Source: Candidatus Poribacteria bacterium (GTDB lineage Bacteria > Poribacteria > WGA-4E > WGA-3G). Taken from it: a stretch of 64,000 bases of DNA. Made by a program: the position numbers and the translations under genes. The DNA is taken from assembly GCA_965214095.1 (NCBI GenBank), contig OZ243938.1, forward strand, positions 4,992,001 to 5,056,000. The letters are read 5' to 3'. The notes under the pieces were generated by a model. That model was not told the DNA's origin, did no database searches, and worked only from the letters and a program-made list of their open reading frames with translations. Shown here in pieces: positions 9,197 through 18,002 of the stretch; the stretch's first letter is position 1, and each line of letters begins with the position of its first letter.

Positions 9197-10215
9197 GGGT
9201 TCACAGCCTTGATAGGAATAGTAATCTCCGGGACATCCGGATGGGTTGTAAATATCTTGATCTCCCCCTCAACAAGTCCTGATGATGCTATGTTAGTCTT
9301 CGGAGCAATAGAAAGTTCCAGCTCATGTGAAGTTTGTGCTTCCTTTGAAAGAGATGCAGTTACTGAAAAGTTATCTGCAGATACCTTTTTCAAAGCAAAG
9401 GGGCGGCTGCCATCGGTTTTGATTTGAATCTTCTTCTGTACGCTCGGACCTGAACCATCCAAAACACCCAGAAACAAATTCTGCGGTAACACCACAATAC
9501 CACCTAACACACGCCCATGAAATTGAATAGACATCTCCAATTCCTTTGAATCGGTTCCAGGGAGTACTTCCTGTGCTTGTGCAGTAATCGTTAGTGTCTC
9601 GTTATACAAACCTACATCATTTAGCATTAAGACAACATCACATTCCATACTCTCACCTGCGGGAATGCTTTTCTTCGGTAGCGTAGCAACAATGTTTTTA
9701 TTGCTCACCGTGTGTTCGGTTATCTCAACGGTGTTTTTTAAGTTATTAGATAATTTAATCTTTTTAGAAATATCTTCTCCTTTCTCAAGTTGTCCCAATT
9801 CGATTTTTTGGGGATATGCCATAGGTGGGATAATGACTCCTGAAACTTCTAAATTCACAATTGGTTTAGCAGGATCGTCAGTAGAAACGAAGACATTCTG
9901 GCGAAAACTTCCTACGCCTCTTTCAACTACCACCCGGATTTTCCCTATATCCCCCGGAAGAATCTTATTCAAAGTGGTGTTCGTCGCAACACATCCACAA
10001 TCCGAATCTATCTTTTCAATATGCAGTGGTGCGTTGCCTTCGTTGGTAAAAGAAAAGGTCGTGGCGATCTCCGAACCAACGATAAAAGGATCTGGAAATT
10101 GATGCTCCTGGTTTGGAAAAACAACCTTCGGTTCTCTATGAGAAGTGCACCCCTGCAACAATGGAACACTACTGCACAATATTAAAAACATTAGAAATAT
10201 AGAAGTGTAATGCAT
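9193..10215 (-). CDS. DUF1573-like (Ig-fold, CGC motif) lipoprotein
   Basis: LLQGC lipobox; FSFTNEGNAPLHIEKIDSDCGC; V.TDDP; three Ig-like repeats. Confidence 0.75.
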   Translation of the reverse strand: MHYTSIFLMFLILCSSVPLLQGCTSHREPKVVFPNQEHQFPDPFIVGSEIATTFSFTNEGNAPLHIEKIDSDCGCVATNTTLNKILPGDIGKIRVVVERGVGSFRQNVFVSTDDPAKPIVNLEVSGVIIPPMAYPQKIELGQLEKGEDISKKIKLSNNLKNTVEITEHTVSNKNIVATLPKKSIPAGESMECDVVLMLNDVGLYNETLTITAQAQEVLPGTDSKELEMSIQFHGRVLGGIVVLPQNLFLGVLDGSGPSVQKKIQIKTDGSRPFALKKVSADNFSVTASLSKEAQTSHELELSIAPKTNIASSGLVEGEIKIFTTHPDVPEITIPIKAVNP

Positions 10216-10271
10216 TCAATCGATCCTTAGGCAAGTAAATATGATGTATGACTGACAACTTAGATTGCTAC

Positions 10272-11321
10272 CTACTCCTGAGTTTGCTGAGATTCTTTTC
10301 TTTTTACATCTCTGCGAAGTCTCTTGCGCATGCCTTCATCATCGGTGAGTTCTGACTCATCCCAGTCAAAGAAGTCGGTAGGAAGTCCAAGATTAAAGCC
10401 CATCTCTTTTATTGTCAATATAGTATGCGTATTCATGAATCCATCAGGACGATATTCCTTTTTTTCGCGAACTTTTGGAAAAGTAACATTTAATTCTGGA
10501 ACCCACTCAAAATCATGGGACTCTTTCAATAAAAACAACCAATATTCCTCTGTGTCTGTATGGGGCAGTTTACTCCGGAAATAAAACTCCTCTCGAAAAA
10601 TCTCGGGAAATTTGTTCTTTATTCGCACATGTAATTTAAACTTATTCTTCTTATTTGCACTAATATAGACAATGAGATAGGTAGGTTCACTAGTGTCAAC
10701 CTTCGTAAAACGAAACTCACCATTTTTTGTCTCATCTATTGGGAAACCGGGTGGAATACAGCATGCCATACTAATTTCTTGTGGAGTAGTCAGGGTTAAC
10801 CTTTCTAAATACCCTGTGTGTATATCTTTGTTAAACTGATTTGGAAGGGCTGCCCTGAAGTCTTGAGAACGATTAGAGAAAAGACCTTCTTGACGCCCAC
10901 CAACAAGAAATCGAAGATGCTTAATAGAAGGATAATTTTCAAACACATAATTCCTTTCTATCCGATATACATATTCATCCCAAGAATCACCAGGGGTTTC
11001 CTCATAGACCACTTGAAATACCATATTCCCCTCAACAAAGGCGAAATTGTCATTTGAATCTCGAAAGTTGCCATATTTTTTTTCTTTTTCAATACGGCTT
11101 AAGATTTTTTTACGGAGTCCCTCTGGATTTTGACTTTTTGGCACGTTTTCCCTCATTTGTTTTTCCCACAACGAGATTAACTTCTGCTGACCTTTACCTA
11201 CATCATCAGGATGGGTATGGTCCTTTTGATATAATATATATTGTATCTCGCCATCTTGGATGAGGGTTTGGTAGAAGTTCAAAAGTTGAAATACTGTTTT
11301 CGCATCCATTTCACTCTCCAC
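10272..11321 (-). CDS. Uncharacterized protein, LolA-fold-like C-terminus (paralog 3 of 3)
   Basis: Shares M[DE]xxTxxxLLN...IQDGE...PEIFREEFY...IKEMGFNLGLPTDFFDW with ORFs 11415 and 13032; fold call is inference from the C-terminal motif. Confidence 0.6.
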   Translation of the reverse strand: MESEMDAKTVFQLLNFYQTLIQDGEIQYILYQKDHTHPDDVGKGQQKLISLWEKQMRENVPKSQNPEGLRKKILSRIEKEKKYGNFRDSNDNFAFVEGNMVFQVVYEETPGDSWDEYVYRIERNYVFENYPSIKHLRFLVGGRQEGLFSNRSQDFRAALPNQFNKDIHTGYLERLTLTTPQEISMACCIPPGFPIDETKNGEFRFTKVDTSEPTYLIVYISANKKNKFKLHVRIKNKFPEIFREEFYFRSKLPHTDTEEYWLFLLKESHDFEWVPELNVTFPKVREKKEYRPDGFMNTHTILTIKEMGFNLGLPTDFFDWDESELTDDEGMRKRLRRDVKRKESQQTQE

Positions 11322-11414
11322 TGCTCTGATACCGAATAAGAAAATTATTATTCCTATATGGTAAGCAAGAAATTTTATAAGATATTCTTTTATAAAAAAT
11401 AACAGAAAACATCC

Positions 11415-12497
11415 TCATTCTGTCGTTTCCTTATCTGTTTCCTCTTTCTGAGTTTTATCACGAATCGGCATCTGTCTGCCTTCATCATCACTAAGGTCTG
11501 ACAAATCACAATTGAAGAAATTGTGAGGAAGCCCAAGATTAAAGTCCATCTCTTTAATCGTAATTACAGTGTGCCGCCGCATAAAACTATTAGCACCACT
11601 AAACTCCTTTTCCTCACGAACTTTCGGAACAGCTATGTTTAATCTCTCAATCTGCTCAAAATCGCTGTATGTCTTTACTAATTGTAAAAAATACCCTTCA
11701 GTATTGGCGCGCGGTGATGTACTCTTATAGTAGAACTCTTCCTTGAATACCTCAGGGAACTTGTCCTCTATACGCACATATATTTTCACCTTCAGATGTG
11801 CATCAGGACGATAATCGGTTATGACATAAATCGGCACATTGCGGGTGTCAATCTCTGTTAAATGTACCTTAGCTTGTGTTTCATCAATCGCCAAGAAAGG
11901 TGGTTGATGTGATGCCATTACTTCAATTGAATTAGAATACTCCCATTTTTCTAAAAAACCAATAAGTCTAATATTGGAAAACTGATTCGGTGCCTCACGT
12001 ATGAGCGTTTGGAAACCGTTAGAAAAGAAATGACGTAAATTGCCGCCATTAAGGAAGCGAAGATGTTTAAGAGACGGATAATCATCAAATAGGTACGCAT
12101 GTTCTATTCGATACATTAGTTGGGTCTCAAATTGTCCCTTAGATAACAAATCCTGGAACACTAGGTTGGACTCTAAAAAAAGGCAGTTCTTTTCCGATTC
12201 TCGAAACCAACCATATCTTTTTTCCTCTTCAAGATGTTTTAAAATCTCTTTTCGAAGTGCCTCTGGATTCTCACTTTTAGGCGGATTTTCGCGTAGCTGT
12301 CTTTCCCAATTATTGATCAATCTACGGTGTGCTATTCCTACTTCATCTGGATGGGTAGGATATTGTTGATATAAAAGAAATTTTATCTCACCATCTTGGA
12401 TAAGGTTCCGAGAAAAGTTCAAAAGTTGAATGAGTGTTTTTGGTTCCATTTGACTTACCTGTTCTGAATATACTCCCCTTATAAGTACACATAGCAA
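11415..12497 (-). CDS. Uncharacterized protein, LolA-fold-like C-terminus (paralog 2 of 3); probable true ATG at 12534 is out of frame by +1
   Basis: MEPKTLIQLLN...IQDGE...PEVFKEEFY...IKEMDFNLGLPHNFF. Confidence 0.6.
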   Translation of the reverse strand: MLCVLIRGVYSEQVSQMEPKTLIQLLNFSRNLIQDGEIKFLLYQQYPTHPDEVGIAHRRLINNWERQLRENPPKSENPEALRKEILKHLEEEKRYGWFRESEKNCLFLESNLVFQDLLSKGQFETQLMYRIEHAYLFDDYPSLKHLRFLNGGNLRHFFSNGFQTLIREAPNQFSNIRLIGFLEKWEYSNSIEVMASHQPPFLAIDETQAKVHLTEIDTRNVPIYVITDYRPDAHLKVKIYVRIEDKFPEVFKEEFYYKSTSPRANTEGYFLQLVKTYSDFEQIERLNIAVPKVREEKEFSGANSFMRRHTVITIKEMDFNLGLPHNFFNCDLSDLSDDEGRQMPIRDKTQKEETDKETTE

Positions 12498-12687
12498 AAA
12501 ATGATGTAAAAAAGAAGTGGCAAAGAAATCTCATAAAATGTCCCTTAAATCTAAAACACCTTGCACTGTGAGTGCTCGCGCATTTTGGAAACAATACGCG
12601 AGCACATCTCACCACTAAAACAAAACAATACTCCAACACACGCGGCATAGACGTTACTCATCTTCTTAAGGGACAAGGTTGTAGTTA

Positions 12688-13027
12688 CTATAAAGAATCC
12701 ACCACTGTATCACTACAATATTTGACTAATTTTGAAGTTGCACCATCTATGTCCCTTTCACAACTACTTGTACCATCAGCCGAAACAACTATTTTACATT
12801 TTAGGGTGCCATAATAATGGGTTAAATTCTCTTCGTAACATGTAGTCCCAGTTGATTTGACTATACAGCCCTCCGATTCTGATTCTATTTTTGATGAATG
12901 GATCGGGAAATTGTTTCTCCCGTTTTGGAAAAACGACTTTAGGATCGTGATTAGAAGTGCATCCTTGCAACAATGAAACACTGCTACATAACAAAAAAGA
13001 CATTAGAAATATAGAAAGGAAATGCAT
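12688..13027 (-). pseudogene. Chimeric remnant: 5' end of a second DUF1573-like gene joined to the 3' end of a Cys-rich small protein
   Basis: MHFLSIFLMS...LQGCTSNHDPKVVFP...QFPDPFI closely parallels the start of ORF 9193..10215, then homology stops; another frame gives GCIVKSTGTTCYEE...KCKIVVSADGTSSCERD...KYCSDTVVDSL**. Confidence 0.6.
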
Positions 13028-13031
13028 TCAT

Positions 13032-14084
13032 TTACTCCTTCACTCCAGAGGCAGAATAACCTTCCAGAGGCAGAATAACCTTATACCTCCCATCATCCGT
13101 GGAGAGATCCGTCTCGTTCCAATCAAAAAAGTCCTGAGGAAAATCAAGATTGAAGTCCCACTCCTTTATGACGGCAATCTGACGACGATACATAAACCCA
13201 TCCGGGGTAAACTGTTGCTGTTCAATCACTTTCGGCATCCTGATATTTAAGGATTCAATCTGCTCAAAATCACGATATAGTCTTACCCAACTTAAATAGA
13301 GCGTCTGATCCCCTGGATTAGACGAGTCCTTTGTCCTACCAAAATAAGACGCGCGCGATTTAAAATTTTCCTCGCGGAAAACCTCTGGTAAACCATCTAT
13401 AAGTCTAACATGAAGTATATTATATGTTTCCTTATTAAATCTGCTGATGAGATACACAGGCATCCCCACACTATCTTTTATAAGTTCCACTTCCGATTTC
13501 GCAGGATCAATAGAAATAACAGGCCCCGGTATGGTAAGCAGCACAGTGAGTTGGGGCATACAAGCATCTGCAGGTCTATCTAACTCACGACCTTGCAAAG
13601 AACCCACATGCGACTTATTACTAATATGCCCCGGAAAAAGTCCCTCAATCTGTTTAACACCATTTGAAAAATGATAGTATTGACCACCACCACCATAGAA
13701 ACGCAAAGAACCGAGAGAAGGATACTTTTCAAATTGGGAGATAACTTCCAAACGATAAATAGTTGTTCCTCTAAGGACGAGTCCACCTTGAAACACGATG
13801 TTACCTTCCACAAACAGAAACCAATCATTTGAATCTTCTAAAGCACCATACTTTTTTTGCAACTCAATCTGCTCCAAAATCGCTTTTCGAAGAGCTTCTG
13901 GATCATCATCTTTCGGTGGTTCCTCACGCAGTTGCATCTTCAAGTCTTCAAGAACTTCACGATGTGCTACACCCACTTCATCTTCCTGCATAAAATCTTG
14001 GTCATAATAGAGAAACTTCATCTCTCCATTTTGAATGTGTGTCTTAGAATAATTCAAAAGTTTTATCAATGTGTTAGATTCCAT
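13032..14084 (-). CDS. Uncharacterized protein, LolA-fold-like C-terminus (paralog 1 of 3)
   Basis: MESNTLIKLLN...IQNGE...PEVFREE...IKEWDFNLDFPQDFFDW; 19-bp tandem duplication (13044-13081) extends the C-terminus. Confidence 0.6.
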   Translation of the reverse strand: MESNTLIKLLNYSKTHIQNGEMKFLYYDQDFMQEDEVGVAHREVLEDLKMQLREEPPKDDDPEALRKAILEQIELQKKYGALEDSNDWFLFVEGNIVFQGGLVLRGTTIYRLEVISQFEKYPSLGSLRFYGGGGQYYHFSNGVKQIEGLFPGHISNKSHVGSLQGRELDRPADACMPQLTVLLTIPGPVISIDPAKSEVELIKDSVGMPVYLISRFNKETYNILHVRLIDGLPEVFREENFKSRASYFGRTKDSSNPGDQTLYLSWVRLYRDFEQIESLNIRMPKVIEQQQFTPDGFMYRRQIAVIKEWDFNLDFPQDFFDWNETDLSTDDGRYKVILPLEGYSASGVKE

Positions 14085-14133
14085 CTCAGACCCCCTGTTG
14101 GAATACCGGATAGCAAAACAATACCTTCGCCAA

Positions 14134-14748
14134 AAACAGTTGAATAAATCGGGCAAATTTCCTAAAGTTATAAAAAAACAATCAATAACTTTGAAAGGAC
14201 AATCGCCCATGCAAGTAATTATAGCACTTCTTTCAGTTCTTAATCTATCTATATCTAAAACAGCGATCCGTCAGTTATGTCAAGTTGTCCTTGCACTGCT
14301 TGCGATGACAGGACGGGTCACCATGTTAAATATCTCTCGTTGGACTTCAAAAGGAGGTAGTTACCGCACTATTCAACGCTTTTTCAATACGGTGTTGCCT
14401 TGGTCGGCAATGTGCAGGGCGTTTTTGCAAACACTTGCTTGATCCTGATAGCGTTCATATCTTAGTAGGCGACGAAGTCGTTAGAAACAAAGATGGCAAA
14501 TGCACCTATGGTTTATCGCGCTTTTTTTTCATTGCATGGGAAAAGCATTCTCGGCTTATCGTTTTTAGCCATATCCTTGGTCAGTGTCCCTCGGCGGCGT
14601 TCCTACCCGATGACTATTGAACAAATCGTTCGGTGTGAAATATCTTCAAATCCTAGTGCTTCTCCGATCCACGAAACAGCAGGCACACGTCTTATTGTTC
14701 AGTTCTGATTTAGCACTTGACGCAGAAAAAATGATAGACTATTATTCT
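14134..14748 (+). pseudogene. IS701-like (IS4 superfamily) transposase remnant with frameshifts and internal deletions
   Basis: MQVIIALL...LLAMTGRVTMLNISRW.SKGGSYRTIQRFF; LVGDEVV..K.GK.TYGL.RFF; AHVLLFSSDLALDAEKMIDYYS; flanked by 13-bp direct repeat ATACCTTCGCCAA. Confidence 0.75.
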
Positions 14749-14855
14749 ATACCTTCGCCAATAATAGACATTCTGCCAAATTGTGCGTCCAATCTATTCA
14801 GTCAGATTGCGGTCCAGCCATTTCTATTGTCAAATTAGGATCTATGATAATTAAA

Positions 14856-15153
14856 CTATAGTTTGGACAATTTCTCTCGGTTGCATACTGATATTTCTAG
14901 CATTTTCAACATTTTGTGAGTTTTCAATAGGATAATAACTTGACGAAAAAGAGTTAGAATATCTAAATGTGCAGCCCCAGCGGGGCGAAATGTGTATAGA
15001 AAAATGTGCCCCGACCAATGCAAGCCCCAGCGGGGCAGCATGCGCGTGTGGCATGCTGCATGAGGTGTATCATTGAAGAAATAGGTCCGATGACTGTGAT
15101 GCTCCTTATCCAGAGCACTGTCCAAGTCCTTAAATAAACTGTCCAAACTATAG
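14856..15153. mobile_element. MITE with TIR CTATAGTTTGGACA (IS701-like ends by inference), copy 1
   Basis: ctatagtttggacaa ... ctgtccaaactatag; two internal agccccagcggggc palindromes; second copy at 32933-33364. Confidence 0.85.
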
Positions 15154-15630
15154 TAGTTTTAAGGATTCATCCTTATTTAGGTTAACGGACTGTTAAATCA
15201 CTGAATCGGTCTCATCACTGAATATATTGATGCTTGGCTGAACCAGGATTTTCAGGATGGACAGATGGACACATCAACGGTCCGAATGCCTTTTGCCATT
15301 CCCCGGAATAAGAAGCTGAAACATCAAAGTGCCATTCAGACAATAAACGTCAAACCGGAAATAGGAACTTTGCAGAGCCAAACTCACAATCCTGGAAATC
15401 TACTAATCCTGAAAATCCTGGTTCAGACAAATAGGTGGACAAACACATAATAAATGTTTCAGACAATAAACGTCAAACTGGGAATAGGAACTTTGCAGAG
15501 CCAAACTCACAATCCTGGAAATCTACTAATCCTGAAAATCCTGGTTCAGACAAATAGGAAGACAAACACATAATAAATGTTAACGAATGTGAGAAAGTCC
15601 GACCAAAATACCGAAAACTAAATAACCCTG
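15154..15630. repeat. MITE-like unit ending AAAACTAAATAACCCTG with a 123-bp tandem duplication and aatcctg(a/c)aaatcctggttcagac motifs
   Basis: Units 15335-15457 and 15458-15580 are nearly identical; the aatcctg motif recurs at ~17940, ~25820, ~32880, ~33555, ~38180. Confidence 0.8.
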
Positions 15631-15711
15631 CTCAGTAGCAAACGATACTTGACAAAAATAACTGTATCGGGTAAAGTATCACAAATCCTGATGTTGATAC
15701 TGGAGGAGAAG

Positions 15712-16971
15712 ATGTCAGAACGTTTAGCTGTAGATGGTGGAACACCCGTCATCACAGAACCGATTCCTGGTGGGATGCATGGACCGAGTGTCATAGATGA
15801 ACGTGAGATTGACGCTGTGACAGAGGTCCTAAGAAGCGGGAAACTCTTTCGATTTGTGGAAGGTTCAAATGTCGCTGCTTTTGAGCAAGAAGCTGCAGCA
15901 CGGCTTGGTGTCAATCACGCTTTGATGGTGAATTCTGGCACATCGGCAATTATTTGTGCACTGACTGGCGTAGGCGTAGGTCCAGGCGATGAGGTGATAC
16001 TACCCGGATACACCTTTATAGCAACTGCAGCGGCAATCGTCGGTGTTGGCGCGATTCCTGTCATTGCAGAAATTGACGATTCACTCGGATTAGATCCCGC
16101 AGATGTAGAACGGAAAATTACACCACATACCAAAGCGATATTACCCGTTCACATGCAGGGGGTGCCGTGCAAACTTGAGGAACTTATTACTATTGCAAAG
16201 AAGCATGATCTCAAAGTTGTTGAAGACTGCTGTCAATGTGTCGGTGGTCAATACAACGGAAAATATGCTGGCACGTGGGGTGATGCCGGCGCATGGAGTC
16301 TCAACTACTTCAAGGTGATCACTTGTGGTGAAGGTGGGTTGGTCTTTTCGGATGATTACGACACTTATGAACGGGCAGCATTTGCTTCTGAACCGGGGTT
16401 ACCGATGTGGATGAGCGATTCTGAATGGAAGAACAAACCGTTTTCGTGCCAAACATATCGTCCAGGTGAAATATTAGGTGCAATCGCACGCGTACAACTT
16501 TCCAAACTGGACAATATTATCGGACATACACGTTTGCTCAAAAAGGCGTTTATTGCTGAACTATCGGATGAACCGAAAGGATATATCCGTCAGCACGTGG
16601 ACGATCCCAGTGGTGAGTGTGGTATTAGTGCAGCGATTATCGTGAGGGATGTCGAACTCGCAAAAAAATATACAGAAGCACTCAGATCAGAAGGACTTGG
16701 TGCTGGCACTGCTTACAACGAAGGCTTTCCTGACAGACATATTTATACCTATTGGGATTCCATTCTGGATAAACATTCACCGAATGCTGCAGGCTATCCG
16801 TGGAGTGATCCTCGTTATACAGGTAATGTTGAATATTCGCGAGATATGTGTCCTGAAACGCTTTCTATCCTCGGTCGCGCCTTACGATTCGGATTTAATG
16901 TCAATATGCAGGAGGACCATGCTAGGTTAATGGCAGCTGCTATCAATAAAGTTGATGATGCTCTTGGATAG
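15712..16971 (+). CDS. DegT/DnrJ/EryC1/StrS family PLP-dependent aminotransferase
   Basis: LAVDGG, NSGTSA, GVGPGDEVI, TFIATA, VVEDCCQ, SLNYFKVITCGEGG; RBS GGAGGAG before ATG 15712. Confidence 0.9.
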   Translation: MSERLAVDGGTPVITEPIPGGMHGPSVIDEREIDAVTEVLRSGKLFRFVEGSNVAAFEQEAAARLGVNHALMVNSGTSAIICALTGVGVGPGDEVILPGYTFIATAAAIVGVGAIPVIAEIDDSLGLDPADVERKITPHTKAILPVHMQGVPCKLEELITIAKKHDLKVVEDCCQCVGGQYNGKYAGTWGDAGAWSLNYFKVITCGEGGLVFSDDYDTYERAAFASEPGLPMWMSDSEWKNKPFSCQTYRPGEILGAIARVQLSKLDNIIGHTRLLKKAFIAELSDEPKGYIRQHVDDPSGECGISAAIIVRDVELAKKYTEALRSEGLGAGTAYNEGFPDRHIYTYWDSILDKHSPNAAGYPWSDPRYTGNVEYSRDMCPETLSILGRALRFGFNVNMQEDHARLMAAAINKVDDALG

Positions 16972-17027
16972 TGTCATCAACTATTCTCGTTCTGTTTTCC
17001 ATTGTGTGATGAAAGGATTCTCAGTTA

Positions 17028-17822
17028 ATGAAGATAACAATATTAGGTTCAGGCACTTCCACAGGTGTTCCTGAGTATAAGTGTGAATGCGAAACTTGTC
17101 AAGATTCAATGCAGGTCGGCTCAAAAAACTACCGCACGCGTTCGTCTGTCCATATTCAAAAGGATGGTAAAAATCTGCAATTTGACCTCGGTCCAAACTT
17201 TATGGATCAAATCAATCGCAACAAGATTGAATGGATAGATGCTGTCATCTTTACACACTGCCATGCAGATCATATCAGCGGAACAAACGATATTGTGATG
17301 CCGTGCAGAAAACAACAAATGGATATGCCGATCTATGGACCTGCACAAACACTCGATATTTTGCAACGAAACTACGATTATATGTTCACAAAAGAAACGT
17401 TTCAAGGCGGTGGTGTTGGACATCTGTTACCGAATGCAGTTGATGGCAGGTTTGAATTACACGGATTTGACATCACACCTATCCCTGTAGATCATGGGAA
17501 CGTTGATACGAATGGGTATCGTATAGACAACTTTGGATATATACCCGATGTAAAACAGCTGCCAGAAACATCGCAAGCGTTACTTGAAGGGATTGAGGTG
17601 TTGGTCATTGATGCGTTGAGTTTCAATCCGGGACATCCAACCCATCAATCAGTGGGACAAGCACTGGAGATTAGTGCTGTGTTGCAACCAAAAGAGACCT
17701 ATTTTACACATATTATGCATAGACTTGATCATCGGTATTTCAAGGATCAATGCGCGGAGCAGAACATTGATCTTCCTGATAATGCCTACTTAGCCTATGA
17801 TGGTCAGGTGATTGATTTGTAA
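17028..17822 (+). CDS. MBL-fold metallo-hydrolase, PhnP-like
   Basis: LGSGTSTGVP..C.C..C, THCHADHISG, H...D...H...TH metal ligands. Confidence 0.9.
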   Translation: MKITILGSGTSTGVPEYKCECETCQDSMQVGSKNYRTRSSVHIQKDGKNLQFDLGPNFMDQINRNKIEWIDAVIFTHCHADHISGTNDIVMPCRKQQMDMPIYGPAQTLDILQRNYDYMFTKETFQGGGVGHLLPNAVDGRFELHGFDITPIPVDHGNVDTNGYRIDNFGYIPDVKQLPETSQALLEGIEVLVIDALSFNPGHPTHQSVGQALEISAVLQPKETYFTHIMHRLDHRYFKDQCAEQNIDLPDNAYLAYDGQVIDL

Positions 17823-18002
17823 TGATGGCTTTTGTTGGAGGGATCTGAAACCCCGATTGTTGTTTTTACCAACATCGGTGCAGCTAATCTTATCAATAGT
17901 ACTTTGAAACTTCAGATCCATACTCCTGAAAATCTACTAATCCTGAAAATCCTGGTTCAGACAAAAGGAATTTCACTACATTGACGCTTAAGAATACGTT
18001 TC

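Noticed and set aside
11321-11417. Stop of ORF 11415 is TGA followed by GGA TGT (U-G-C) and is in frame with ORF 10272, so readthrough would fuse the paralogs
   Set aside because: No redox fold around it and no SECIS-like hairpin in the AT-rich downstream sequence; an overlapping ATGA start with a leader frameshift explains it better
13044-13081. 19-bp tandem duplication at the 3' end of paralog 1
   Set aside because: Only extends the C-terminus by a few residues; likely neutral slippage
14851-15450. Short ORFs inside MITEs
   Set aside because: Lie wholly in repeats; the second copy is interrupted by an insertion and indels
15335-15580. Recurring aatcctg...ggttcagac motifs and 123-bp tandem as a possible CRISPR array
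   Set aside because: Intervening sequences are duplicated rather than unique spacers, spacing is irregular, and no cas genes are present
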